Shown here one piece after another: positions 35,429-45,250 of a stretch of DNA of 50,198 nucleotides. Source of the stretch: an uncultured Bacillales bacterium (GTDB lineage: Bacteria > Bacillota_I > Bacilli_A > RF39 > UBA660); assembly GCA_947306705.1 (NCBI GenBank), contig CAMZHD010000002.1:1-50198 (forward strand). The letters run 5' to 3'. The first letter of the stretch is position 1, and each line of letters opens with the position of its first letter. Under the pieces are notes generated by a model. It was not told the origin of the DNA, did no database searches, and saw only the letters and a program-made list of their open reading frames with translations. A program made the position numbers and the translations under genes.

Positions 35429-37162
35429 ATGGAAAAGTACAAAAATTATTCAATTAAAAATGTAGGAGAAGAAGTATCCTTAAATGGATGGGTATCAAGA
35501 GTTAGAAATTTAGGAGGATTAGTATTCATTGATTTAAGAAATCGAATGGGAATAATGCAAGTAGTTGTAAGACCAGAAAATGAATTCTATGACCTTGCAA
35601 GTTCTCTAAAAAGTGAATATGTCATTCATGTAGAAGGAACAATTGTAGAAAGAGAAAGTAAAAATCCAAATATGGCAACAGGAGAAATTGAAGTCAATGT
35701 TAAAAGACTAGAATTAATAAATACTTCAAAGGAAATACCTTTTACGATATCAGATGATACAACTGCCTTAGAAGATACAAGATTAAAATATCGTTTCTTA
35801 GATTTAAGAAGAGAAAGTCTAAAGAATAACTTTGTAATTCGTAATAAAATAACATATGCAGTAAGACAATTCTTTAATGAACTAGACTTCTTAGAAGTAG
35901 AAACTCCAGTATTATGTAAGAGTACTCCAGAAGGAGCAAGAGACTATCTAGTACCAAGTAGAGTCAACAAAGGAAAATTCTATGCATTACCACAGTCTCC
36001 TCAAATCTATAAGCAATTATTAATGATTTCAGGATTTGAAAGATATTTTCAAATAGCAAAATGCTTTAGAGATGAAGACTTACGTGCAGACCGTCAACCA
36101 GAATTCACACAAATCGACGTAGAAATGTCATTTGTAGATGAAGATGCCGTTATGGATATCGGAGAAAGAATGATGGCAAGAATCTTTAAAGACGTAAAAG
36201 GTATTGATATTAAACTTCCATTGATGAGAATGAAATATACAGAAGCAATGGATCGATATGGGTCTGATAAACCAGATTTAAGATTTGGAATGGAAATAAA
36301 AGATATCTCAGAAGTATTTAAAAATACAGAATTTTCAGTATTTAAAACGGTATTAGAAGAAAATGGTATTATTAACGCAATTGTTGCGAAAAATGCAGCA
36401 GATAAATATTCTAGAAAAGATTTAGATAAACTAACAGACTTTGTAAAGACATATAGAGCACAAGGACTTGCTTATTTAAAATACCAAGAAGAAGTAAGTG
36501 GATCTATCTTCAAAGTCATGAGTGAAAAAGAAGTAGAAGATTTAAAAGAACAATTAGGTATTGAAAACAATGACTTAGTATTAATCATAAGTGGTAAGAG
36601 AGAAATTGTAAAAACAGCTTTAGGTGCATTACGTTGTAAATTAGGAAGAGAACTTGGATTAATTGATCCTAATGATTATAAATTACTTTGGGTAGTAGAT
36701 TTCCCATCATTTGAGTGGAGTGAAGAAGAAAACCGTTATATGGCATGTCATCATCCATTTACAGCTCCAAAAGATGAAGATGTAGATAAATTACTTACCG
36801 ATAAAGCAAACTGCTACAGTAAAGCATACGATATCGTTATCAATGGATATGAAGCCGGTGGAGGATCTATTCGTATTCACGATGAAAAAGTACAAGAGAC
36901 AATGTTTAAAGCACTAGAACTTACAGAAGAAGATATTCAAAATAAATTTGGATTCTTTGTAGATGCCCTAAAATATGGATGTCCACCTCATGGAGGATTT
37001 GCTTGTGGTCTTGATAGAATTACAATGTTACTTGCAGGAACAGATAATATTCGTGATGTTATCGCATTCCCTAAAACAGCATCCGCAACCGATTTAATGT
37101 GTGAATGTCCTAGTGATGTAGATGAAAAACAACTAGTAGAAGTAGGATTAAAATTAAGATAA
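35429..37162 (+). CDS. aspS: Aspartyl-tRNA synthetase
   Basis: Class IIb signatures: FIDLRD-like FIDLRN, LPQSPQ.YKQLLM, FRDEDLRADRQPEFTQ.D.E, GGGSIRIH and GLDR. ATG 35429 with AGAGGGAG SD. Confidence 0.92.
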   Translation: MEKYKNYSIKNVGEEVSLNGWVSRVRNLGGLVFIDLRNRMGIMQVVVRPENEFYDLASSLKSEYVIHVEGTIVERESKNPNMATGEIEVNVKRLELINTSKEIPFTISDDTTALEDTRLKYRFLDLRRESLKNNFVIRNKITYAVRQFFNELDFLEVETPVLCKSTPEGARDYLVPSRVNKGKFYALPQSPQIYKQLLMISGFERYFQIAKCFRDEDLRADRQPEFTQIDVEMSFVDEDAVMDIGERMMARIFKDVKGIDIKLPLMRMKYTEAMDRYGSDKPDLRFGMEIKDISEVFKNTEFSVFKTVLEENGIINAIVAKNAADKYSRKDLDKLTDFVKTYRAQGLAYLKYQEEVSGSIFKVMSEKEVEDLKEQLGIENNDLVLIISGKREIVKTALGALRCKLGRELGLIDPNDYKLLWVVDFPSFEWSEEENRYMACHHPFTAPKDEDVDKLLTDKANCYSKAYDIVINGYEAGGGSIRIHDEKVQETMFKALELTEEDIQNKFGFFVDALKYGCPPHGGFACGLDRITMLLAGTDNIRDVIAFPKTASATDLMCECPSDVDEKQLVEVGLKLR

Positions 37163-37184
37163 AAGAACCCTAGGTTCTTTTTCT
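37162..37184 (+). terminator. Rho-independent terminator after aspS
   Basis: AAGAACC-CTA-GGTTCTT plus T-run. Confidence 0.7.
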
Positions 37185-37211
37185 TATGCTATAATAAAAG
37201 AGGTGATAAGT

Positions 37212-38009
37212 ATGTATTCCATAAAAAAGAAAGAAGATATCAATCAAATTAAAAAATATCATCGTGCGAAAGATATGGTAAATATTCAATTATACTTTCC
37301 AGGATTAAGTCCAGTCGATGACCTTGCAATTGTAACAGATGAAGAAGATTATTTAAGTCATCAAAAAGAATTAAAGAATTTAACCAGTATACGAAATGGA
37401 AATCCTATCACGGAACCATGTATGGAATCAATTCCCGTAAGAGAAGATCATCCTGATATCATAGACGTTATCAAAAAAGTAAAAAAAATCAATCCAAAGG
37501 GAGTTGTGATATTATTTCATTTAAATACGAAAAGGACAGAACGATATGAAAGAGAAGCAGGAATTAGTGTAGGAATTTCTTTAGGAAATAAAGTTTATAT
37601 TGATGCCGTAGGACACGGATTTGATGGAAGAGAAGTATTAAAAGGTATTAGTTGTCATGAAAGATATACAATTCCATGGAACGAATTAAGAAGAGTAAAT
37701 CAAGATAATTTCAAAGAATATCGAACTTATTTAATAAATCCATCTCAATATTTAGAAACGAGAAAAGAAAGAATTAACTATTTAATATCTTGTGGTCTTG
37801 AAAAAGAAAAAATAGAAGAAAATATTCCAAAAGAATATCAAGAAATACCAGATTATATTTGGTTAAGTATCATAAAAGATATTTTAAAAGTACTGGAGAA
37901 AGAAGAAGATGTTCTAAGAAAAGCTGGTTTCTATGAATTCAATATTAGTGGTCATACAGAAGGAAGATATTTTGCTCCTTGGCAAATGGTAGATGATAAG
38001 AGAATGTAA
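37212..38009 (+). CDS. Hypothetical protein, 265 aa
   Basis: ORF with AGAGGTGA SD before ATG 37212. No motif recognised. Confidence 0.6.
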   Translation: MYSIKKKEDINQIKKYHRAKDMVNIQLYFPGLSPVDDLAIVTDEEDYLSHQKELKNLTSIRNGNPITEPCMESIPVREDHPDIIDVIKKVKKINPKGVVILFHLNTKRTERYEREAGISVGISLGNKVYIDAVGHGFDGREVLKGISCHERYTIPWNELRRVNQDNFKEYRTYLINPSQYLETRKERINYLISCGLEKEKIEENIPKEYQEIPDYIWLSIIKDILKVLEKEEDVLRKAGFYEFNISGHTEGRYFAPWQMVDDKRM

Positions 38010-38033
38010 AAAAAGCAGACAACTGCTTTTTTT
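38007..38033. terminator. Bidirectional terminator
   Basis: A-run, then AGCAG-ACAA-CTGCT, then T-run. Confidence 0.65.
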
Positions 38034-38036
38034 ATT

Positions 38037-39146
38037 TTAAAAGGAAATTATATTTTCCCAAGGTAATTCATCTTTTCCAAAATGACCATAATTGGTTGTT
38101 TTGGTGAAGATTGGAGTTTTTAATTTTAAAGACTGTATCATTCCCTGAGGAGTAAAATCAAAGGTATGAACAATCTTATTAAGAATTTCTTCTTCTGGAA
38201 TCGTATGAGTTCCATAGGTATTAATATAGATAGAAATTGGATCTTTCATCCCGATTGCATAAGATAGTTGAATTTCACATTTCTTAGCATAATGATTCGC
38301 AACAACATTCTTCGCAACATAGCGCGCCATGTAAGCAGCGGAACGATCTACTTTTGTTCCATCTTTCCCAGAGAAAGCTCCTCCTCCATGTCTGGCATAC
38401 CCACCATACGTATCGACTATAATCTTTCGGCCAGTAACTCCAGCATCTCCTAGTGGTCCTCCAATCACAAATCTTCCTGTTGGATTGAAATAATAATGAG
38501 TATCTTTATCTATATATTCCTTTGGAAGAATAGGGGAGATGACATTTTCCCAGACTTCTAGTTTCAACTGATCTAAATCTTTCTCAGGTTTATGTTGTAT
38601 AGAAATTAATATGGTATCAATCTTTTTTATTTGATTTCCATCATACTCAACCGTAAGTTGTACTTTCCCATCGGCTCCAATTCCCTCAATAATATGATTC
38701 TTACGACATTCTTGAAGTCTTTTAGCTAATTGATGTGCATAGTATACTCCAAAAGGTAAGTAACTAGGAGTCTCATCTGTTGCATATCCAAACATCATTC
38801 CTTGATCTCCAGCACCACCAATTTCATCATTTACTCCTAAGGCAATATCAGAGGATTGTTTTGATACATTAATAAGAATCTTACATGTATCTGCATGAAT
38901 ATCAGTATCTACAAAATAACCAATAGACTGGATTGCCTTTCTCGCAACTTGTTCAATATTCACTTCACAAGAAGAGGTAATTTCACCCGTAATAAAAATA
39001 GTCTCCTTTCCAGCACAAACTTCAACCGCAACTCTTGCGTTTTCATCTATGCTTAAATATGCATCCAAAATAGAGTCAGAAATAAAATCACATAACTTAT
39101 CTGGATGACCTTCACACACACTCTCAGATGTAAATAGTTTTTTCAT
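38037..39146 (-). CDS. metK: S-adenosylmethionine synthetase
   Basis: FTSESV.EGHPDK, GAGDQGMMFGYA, GGGAFSGKD.TKVDRSAAY. Start at ATG 39146; the track start lies inside the riboswitch. Confidence 0.92.
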   Translation of the reverse strand: MKKLFTSESVCEGHPDKLCDFISDSILDAYLSIDENARVAVEVCAGKETIFITGEITSSCEVNIEQVARKAIQSIGYFVDTDIHADTCKILINVSKQSSDIALGVNDEIGGAGDQGMMFGYATDETPSYLPFGVYYAHQLAKRLQECRKNHIIEGIGADGKVQLTVEYDGNQIKKIDTILISIQHKPEKDLDQLKLEVWENVISPILPKEYIDKDTHYYFNPTGRFVIGGPLGDAGVTGRKIIVDTYGGYARHGGGAFSGKDGTKVDRSAAYMARYVAKNVVANHYAKKCEIQLSYAIGMKDPISIYINTYGTHTIPEEEILNKIVHTFDFTPQGMIQSLKLKTPIFTKTTNYGHFGKDELPWENIISF

Positions 39147-39180
39147 AAAACCTTCCTTTCTACTATATATTTCAAGGAAT

Positions 39181-39332
39181 AAAAAAAGTCTTTGCACACA
39201 GTACAAAGACAAATAATTATTATTTTGATAATTATCAGCCAAAGTACTTTTACTTTGTCGGTATTAGCACCTAACTTAAATAGGTTGCTGCGGAGTCATA
39301 AAGCCGAATCTCTCGTCCGCTCTTGATAATAT
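39181..39332 (-). promoter_or_regulatory. SAM-I (S-box) riboswitch with terminator expression platform
   Basis: Minus strand reads TTATCAAGAGCGGACGAGAGATTCGGC...GCAACC...GGTGCTAATACC...TGATAA. It is followed by GTCTTTG-TACTGTGTG-CAAAGAC and T7, directly upstream of metK. Confidence 0.8.
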
Positions 39333-39343
39333 ATAGTAAAATC

Positions 39344-39372
39344 ATTATAAAAATTGTTTTAAATTTTGTCAA
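39344..39372 (-). promoter_or_regulatory. Sigma-A promoter of metK
   Basis: Minus strand reads TTGACA, 17-nt spacer, TATAAT. Confidence 0.7.
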
Positions 39373-40296
39373 TTATTTCTTTATGAATTGTTTTCCACGA
39401 ACTTCTCCTAAAGATTCTACATTATAATTATGGAAATAATGATCTAAATAAGAATCAAATAAAACATCATACACAGATATTCCTTTTCCACGAAGTTCTT
39501 CAATTAACTCTAATAGTCTATCTTCATGGTGAATCACTCCACGGAATACATAAATGACACGATAATCTTTTTCTAATAAAAGATTTTGAATAACTCCTAA
39601 ATCACTCGTAGAATCAATTAATAAGAAAGAAACTGGTTTTTCTTTTTCTAAAAGATATCGATCAATAAATTGAAATGTATTATCAACATGAACTCTTTCT
39701 CTTCCTAATGCACTTGCAACCATTAAACTATAAGGTGCATATTGATACTCTTCAAAGAATTCTGCAACCGTTTCATTCAATCCCAAAGTACTATCATTAA
39801 AGAAAATAATACTAGGAATGATAGGTGTTTTTGTACGTTGATCATCTAAGTCAATGATTTTTACTTTTCCTTGATGAGTCATAACATTATTCATTTTATA
39901 ATCTGTAGGATAAATTAAATGATCGGCTAATTCTTTACCGTTTCTAACAAATTCTCTCGCAATACGTATTTTAACAGGAAAAGGAGAATTCATATAAGAA
40001 TACATTAAAGGGCCATCATAATAGGGAAGTGAGATTCCTCCAAATTCACCATCCAGGATTATTTTATCTTGCCAAACATCTGTATATTTTACCCCAGCAG
40101 CATGTCTTTTTAAACGATCTAATCTTTTATTACTCATTCGAAGAGCTGGATTTGGGAAAGATTGAAAATACTTATCATGAACCATTTTATGATAGATTTT
40201 ATAAGCAGTCTGATCATCTACTTGATAAAGCGTACCAAAAGCACCAGAACTAATTTCTCGAAATGATTTTAAATCTTCACTGGTAATCGATATCAT
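39373..40296 (-). CDS. Atypical protein-kinase-like fold protein with an extra ~100-aa C-terminal domain
   Basis: G-loop-like SSGAFGTLY, YKIY (Lys), catalytic-loop-like YPTDYKMNN, IIDLDD in the DFG position. Start moved to ATG 40296 (GGGAGGGA SD). Confidence 0.5.
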   Translation of the reverse strand: MISITSEDLKSFREISSGAFGTLYQVDDQTAYKIYHKMVHDKYFQSFPNPALRMSNKRLDRLKRHAAGVKYTDVWQDKIILDGEFGGISLPYYDGPLMYSYMNSPFPVKIRIAREFVRNGKELADHLIYPTDYKMNNVMTHQGKVKIIDLDDQRTKTPIIPSIIFFNDSTLGLNETVAEFFEEYQYAPYSLMVASALGRERVHVDNTFQFIDRYLLEKEKPVSFLLIDSTSDLGVIQNLLLEKDYRVIYVFRGVIHHEDRLLELIEELRGKGISVYDVLFDSYLDHYFHNYNVESLGEVRGKQFIKK

Positions 40297-40407
40297 ATTC
40301 TTCCCTCCCATCGCACGGAGTATTATACCACAAAATCTTAAAAGTTAAAAGAACAAGATTGTATTCAAATATAGAATATGGTATGATGAAGAAAATAGGA
40401 GGAGTAT

Positions 40408-41064
40408 ATGAAAAAGAAAAAGAATTTATGGGTACCTGCAATTATTCTAATAGTTGTATCAATTCTATATACAGTATTAGTAAAATTCGTAGATGTTGGA
40501 GAGATTGGACCAGAAGGAAGTTCTGTTGGATTTCAAATGATAAATGGATATGTTCATAGTATGATTGGAGTACAAGAATTTTGGTATAAAGTAACAAAAT
40601 ATTTAGGAATTCTACCATTCTTATATGTTGGATACTATGGAGTCATTGGACTAATGCAATTAATCAAAGGAAAAAGTCTAAAGAAAGTAGATCAAAGAAT
40701 ACTTGCATTAGGTGGATTCTATATCGTAGTAGGATTAGTCTATGTCTTCTTTGAAAAAGTAGTGATTAACTACAGACCAGTCATTTTAGAAGAAGGATTA
40801 GAAGCATCTTACCCATCTAGTCATACAATGTTAGCTCTATGTATTTGTTTATCTTCACTATTAATTAGTAAATATTATATTAAGAAACAATATAAAAGAG
40901 TCGTAGATGGAATTACAGTATCTCTAATGACTGTTTTAGTAGTAGGAAGAATTCTTTCAGGAGTACATTGGATTACGGATATTATTGGGGGAGTTCTTAT
41001 CTCTTTAGCGCTTGTATATACCTATAAAGCAGTCATTAAAGAAGATAAATTTGATAGTCTATAA
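40408..41064 (+). CDS. PAP2-family (type 2 phosphatidic acid/undecaprenyl-PP) phosphatase
   Basis: YPSSHT and SGVHWITD motifs. Multiple TM segments. Confidence 0.75.
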   Translation: MKKKKNLWVPAIILIVVSILYTVLVKFVDVGEIGPEGSSVGFQMINGYVHSMIGVQEFWYKVTKYLGILPFLYVGYYGVIGLMQLIKGKSLKKVDQRILALGGFYIVVGLVYVFFEKVVINYRPVILEEGLEASYPSSHTMLALCICLSSLLISKYYIKKQYKRVVDGITVSLMTVLVVGRILSGVHWITDIIGGVLISLALVYTYKAVIKEDKFDSL

Positions 41065-41088
41065 AAGAAGAAATATTTCTTCTTTTTT
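41064..41088 (+). terminator. Rho-independent terminator
   Basis: AGAAGAAAT/ATTTCTTCT palindrome plus T-run. Confidence 0.65.
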
Positions 41089-41136
41089 GTTGAAAAAAAA
41101 CATACGAGTGATAGAATGAAAATAGAGGTGAATAAG

Positions 41137-41802
41137 ATGAAAGAATCAACTAAAAAAATAGGAAGTGTTATATTAGCTGGGTCTCTAGTAGTAGGAACAG
41201 GTGCAGCAACAGCCGTAACAGCATATGCACAAAGTCCAAGTGCAGGAACTACTTATACAATAATGGGAATTTCTGAAACAGTAGCATATATCGTACAAAA
41301 AGGAGATACATTAAGTGGTATTGCCTTTCGTTTATCAGGAAATGCCAATAACTATGCAATACTTCTTGCGATAAACCCAGAAATAGAAGATCCTGATTTT
41401 ATATTAGAAGGACAATCAATTAGAGTTCCAATCAGTTGGAATCAAAATAATCAAAATGGAAGATATGAACCAACAGCTGCAGATACTCTTCATATTGTAC
41501 AAAAAGGAGAAACTTTATATCAAATTGTTACAGACTTTTACAATGAAAAAAACATGGAATTAGTCAAAAGAGTAGCAACTAGAAATAATAAAGTAGATCC
41601 TCATATCATTTACGAAGGAGAGGCAATTTATTTATCTCCTAGAGGATTATTAGATACCATTGAATCAAGAGACTATACCCTACAAGATCAAATGTTAGAG
41701 TGGAGACTAGAACATCCAAATGAACCATATCCAGATTGGATTCTACAAGCATTAGGAAAACTACCTCCTGAACAACAAAAAATATACATTATTACACCAT
41801 AA
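41137..41802 (+). CDS. Secreted protein with two LysM domains
   Basis: Signal peptide. YIVQKGDTLSGIA...GQSIRVP and HIVQKGETLYQIV...GEAIYLSP. Confidence 0.8.
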   Translation: MKESTKKIGSVILAGSLVVGTGAATAVTAYAQSPSAGTTYTIMGISETVAYIVQKGDTLSGIAFRLSGNANNYAILLAINPEIEDPDFILEGQSIRVPISWNQNNQNGRYEPTAADTLHIVQKGETLYQIVTDFYNEKNMELVKRVATRNNKVDPHIIYEGEAIYLSPRGLLDTIESRDYTLQDQMLEWRLEHPNEPYPDWILQALGKLPPEQQKIYIITP

Positions 41803-41827
41803 AAGAGTAGAAATCTACTCTTTTTTT
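41801..41827 (+). terminator. Rho-independent terminator
   Basis: GAGTAG-AAAT-CTACTC plus T7. Confidence 0.7.
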
Positions 41828-41852
41828 ATGTATAATAAAAGAGGTGATACCT

Positions 41853-42941
41853 ATGAAGAATACAACATTAGAAGTCAATACAAGAAAATTTATTAGAAAT
41901 ATTGAAAAGATACAAGCCTATGTAGGAAATAAAACCATTATGCCGATTATTAAAGCAAATGCTTATGGTACCTATATCAATAAAAATTTAAGTATTTTAA
42001 ATCATTTCCAAATCGTTGCGGTCGCAGAAGTCAGTGAAGCAATTGAAATAAGAAAAACTGGTTATCGAAAAGAAATATTTGTATTAAATCAACCATCTAT
42101 CGAAGAATTAAAAGATATTTATAATTTTAATATTACGATTGGATTAAGTGAATTAGATTTTTTAAGGAAAGTTGATTTACCAATTAAAGTACATTTAGAG
42201 ATAGAAACAGGAATGAATCGAACAGGAATCAAACTAGAAGATTTAAAATCTTTTATGGAAGAGATTCATCAAAATGAAAATATTACAGTAGAAGGAATTT
42301 ATACGCATTTCTCATCAGCAGATACCGATTTAGAATATACAAAGAAACAATTTAATACATTTGAAAAAGCAGTAGAGATAGCAAAAGAAGAATTTGATTT
42401 AAAATATATTCACTGTAGCGCATCGAATGGAATCCTAAACTGGAAAGAAGAATTATCCAATACGGTAAGACCTGGAATTATTATGTATGGTTATGAACCA
42501 TTTAAAGGAGCAAAAGAAAAGATACCAATCGAACCAATTACTGTTTTAAAAACAAAGATAACCTATTTAAAAGAAATAAATCCTGGAGAATCCATCAGTT
42601 ATAATAGACGTTATACAACAGAAAAGCCAATGAAAATTGCAACCATTCCAATCGGATATGCAGATGGACTAAGAAGAGAGTTAACAGGAGTGGGAGAAGT
42701 CATTGTTCAAGGAGAAAAAAGAAGAATATTAGGTTCTATTTGTATGGATAGTTGTATGATTGATGTTACAGGACTCGATGTTAAAGTAGGAGATCCGGTA
42801 ACCATTTGGGATAATGAGAAAATTACATTAGAAGAAATTGCAAGTAAATGTAATACAATTCACTATGAAATTATGAGTACAATATCTGAAAGAGTCGAAA
42901 GAGTATTCCTAGAAGATAATCAAAAAATAATTAGTATATAA
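41853..42941 (+). CDS. alr: Alanine racemase
   Basis: PLP-Lys motif IIKANAYG, EIETGMNRTG, SYNRRY and IPIGYADG. Confidence 0.88.
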   Translation: MKNTTLEVNTRKFIRNIEKIQAYVGNKTIMPIIKANAYGTYINKNLSILNHFQIVAVAEVSEAIEIRKTGYRKEIFVLNQPSIEELKDIYNFNITIGLSELDFLRKVDLPIKVHLEIETGMNRTGIKLEDLKSFMEEIHQNENITVEGIYTHFSSADTDLEYTKKQFNTFEKAVEIAKEEFDLKYIHCSASNGILNWKEELSNTVRPGIIMYGYEPFKGAKEKIPIEPITVLKTKITYLKEINPGESISYNRRYTTEKPMKIATIPIGYADGLRRELTGVGEVIVQGEKRRILGSICMDSCMIDVTGLDVKVGDPVTIWDNEKITLEEIASKCNTIHYEIMSTISERVERVFLEDNQKIISI

Positions 42942-42951
42942 GGAGAAAAAT

Positions 42952-43830
42952 GTGAAAAAGAGTAAAGTATATTACTATAAAGAAGTATCAAGTGAAAATT
43001 TAGTAAAAGCACTAAAAGAATTGGGAAAAGAATTACCAGGGAAAGTAGCAGTTAAAGTACATTCTGGAGAAGAAGGAAATCAAAACTATTTAAGACCTGA
43101 ATTTATGAAACCAGCAATTGATTATTTAAAAGGAACCGTTGTTGAATGTAATACCGCTTATGCAGGAGAAAGAAATAATACAAAGAAACATTTAAAAACC
43201 ATTGAAAAACACGGATGGAATATCTTTGATTTTGACTTAATGGATGCAGAAGGACCAGATATGGTATTACCAATTAAAGAAGGAACGCATCTAAAAGAAA
43301 ATTATGTGGGGAAAAATCTAAAGAATTATGATTCTGTACTTGTATTATCTCATTTTAAAGGACATCCTATGGGAGGATACGGAGGAGCTCTAAAACAACT
43401 ATCTATCGGATTTGCATCATCTGAAGGGAAATCATGGATACATTCTGCAGGACATACGAAAAACCAAAAATTAGTATGGTTAAATTTACCAAAACAAGAT
43501 GATTTCTTAGAAAGTATGGCAGAAGCTGCTTCTTCAGTCGTAGATTATTTTAAAGGAAATATGATTTTTATCAATGTCATGGCAAATATGAGCGTAGATT
43601 GTGACTGCTGTAGCGATGCAGAAGATCCTTGCATGAAAGATATGGGAGTATTAATCTCAACAGACCCTGTCGCAATTGATCAAGCATGTATAGATATCGT
43701 TGAAAACTCTGATGATCCAGGAAAAGAACATTTCTTAGAAAGAGTTAATTCAAGAAATGGAAAGCATACGATTGAAGCTGCTGAAAAATTAGGAGTCGGT
43801 TCTAGAGAATACGAACTAATAGAAAAATAA
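42952..43830 (+). CDS. DUF362 (COG2768-type) putative Fe-S protein
   Basis: VAVKVHSGEEGNQNYLRP...ECNTAYAGERNN matches the COG2768 N-terminal pattern. Cys cluster DCDCC. GTG start with GGAGAA SD. Confidence 0.65.
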   Translation: MKKSKVYYYKEVSSENLVKALKELGKELPGKVAVKVHSGEEGNQNYLRPEFMKPAIDYLKGTVVECNTAYAGERNNTKKHLKTIEKHGWNIFDFDLMDAEGPDMVLPIKEGTHLKENYVGKNLKNYDSVLVLSHFKGHPMGGYGGALKQLSIGFASSEGKSWIHSAGHTKNQKLVWLNLPKQDDFLESMAEAASSVVDYFKGNMIFINVMANMSVDCDCCSDAEDPCMKDMGVLISTDPVAIDQACIDIVENSDDPGKEHFLERVNSRNGKHTIEAAEKLGVGSREYELIEK

Positions 43831-43859
43831 AAAAAGAATATTCAATATTCTTTTTTTTT
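43831..43859 (+). terminator. Rho-independent terminator
   Basis: A-run, then GAATA-TTCAA-TATTC, then T9. Confidence 0.65.
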
Positions 43860-43883
43860 GATATACTGATAATGGTGATAAGA

Positions 43884-44426
43884 ATGGAAAAGAAAGTAAC
43901 AAAAAAAGAAATCGTTAAAATGTTATTAAAAAATAATGAAATGGATTCACAAGATGAAGAAGAATTACTAGATTTATTAATTGATCAACCAATAAGTATT
44001 GATGTAGATAAACAAGAAGAAGCAAAAATGACAAAAGGAGATAGAATTGCCGATAAAGTCAGTGAAATTGCAGGGTCATGGGGCTTTATATTAGGATTCT
44101 CTGCATTCTTAATCTTTTGGGTTATTTTAAATACGATTATCTTAAGAGGAGATTATCAAATTGATACTTATCCATTTATCTTACTAAATCTATTACTATC
44201 TTGTCTTGCTGCTCTACAAGCACCTGTTATCATGATGAGTCAAAATAGACAAGCTGCAAAAGACAGCCTAAGAAACCAAAATGATTATAGAACGGATTTA
44301 AAGAGTGAATTAATCTTAGAGGAACTATATCACAAAATGGATGAAATTCTTAAGAATCAAAGAAAAATATTAAGAATTATTGATAATGAAGAAGAAGAAG
44401 AAAAAGGGGAAGAAACAAAACAATAA
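43884..44426 (+). CDS. DUF1003 membrane protein
   Basis: GSWGFI...DTYPFILLNLLLS...QAPVIMMSQNRQ pattern. Confidence 0.7.
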   Translation: MEKKVTKKEIVKMLLKNNEMDSQDEEELLDLLIDQPISIDVDKQEEAKMTKGDRIADKVSEIAGSWGFILGFSAFLIFWVILNTIILRGDYQIDTYPFILLNLLLSCLAALQAPVIMMSQNRQAAKDSLRNQNDYRTDLKSELILEELYHKMDEILKNQRKILRIIDNEEEEEKGEETKQ

Positions 44427-44443
44427 AAACAGAAGGTGATTTC

Positions 44444-45250
44444 ATGAAACCCCTGTATCAACTACTTTATAAAGAATATGAAGGAAAACCATTAGATGAT
44501 CGTTTTATTGAACATGCTTACAATCGAATGATGGAAGAAGAAAGAGAATTGGAACCATTTATATCAGGTCTAGATATCAATCATAAAAGAGAGAAATGCT
44601 TCGCAACCTACAATGAAAGAACCGGATTAATTACTATAAACCGGAAACCAATTAAGAAATATACAAACGATGATAAAATCAAAGCATTAGCATTTCTGCG
44701 ACATGAAATAGAGCATGCAAGAAATATAAAAACATATTTAGAAGGAAGAGAAGATTTAGAGTCAATCATTCTAAGATATACCCTAAAACCATATGGAATT
44801 AATAGAGGACTTATTCCAAGACCAAAAGAATATGAAAGTGATTTTGATTTAAAATATTTCTACATGAAAATCAAAGAAAATGCTTCCATTGATCCGGATG
44901 AGAGATTAGCCGAAATAAGAGCATGGAATTATATGGTAAATCTATTAAAGAATCAAAGAACTACAAAAGACTTGTTAACAGCAAGAACAGGATTATACAA
45001 GGCTTATTCTGCAGGATATGAAGATAATAGATATTATTTAGAATCTCCTACATTCCAATTCTTTTTAAATGTAGGTCTTTTACAAGAACATAACTGGTTA
45101 AAGAAAAGATTTAGAAATCATAATTATTCTTTTGATACAAGAATATTATATGGATTACCAGTTACTTATAGAGAATATACAAATAAAATATTGCAAAAAA
45201 CAAGATTAAGAATCGTAAAACGAGGTGAAGAAAATGAAGACAGGATTTGA
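44444..45250 (+). CDS. Hypothetical protein, 268 aa, with an HExxH motif (HEIEH)
   Basis: AGAAGGTGA SD. The single HEIEH may be incidental. Confidence 0.55.
   Translation: MKPLYQLLYKEYEGKPLDDRFIEHAYNRMMEEERELEPFISGLDINHKREKCFATYNERTGLITINRKPIKKYTNDDKIKALAFLRHEIEHARNIKTYLEGREDLESIILRYTLKPYGINRGLIPRPKEYESDFDLKYFYMKIKENASIDPDERLAEIRAWNYMVNLLKNQRTTKDLLTARTGLYKAYSAGYEDNRYYLESPTFQFFLNVGLLQEHNWLKKRFRNHNYSFDTRILYGLPVTYREYTNKILQKTRLRIVKRGEENEDRI

Noticed and set aside
39181-39332. Possibility that the metK leader is a novel SAM-binding class, because its core reads GAGAGATTCGGC rather than the GAGGGACTGGCC I remember.
   Set aside because: The overall order of conserved blocks (TTATCAAGAG, GCAACC, GGTGCTAA, and P1 closing with TGATAA) fits SAM-I. 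The differences are compatible with compensated helix positions, so it is treated as an ordinary S-box.
40359-40559. 66-aa plus-strand ORF overlapping the PAP2 gene start.
   Set aside because: It is out of frame with the PAP2 gene, which has a strong AGGAGG SD at 40408. No independent support.
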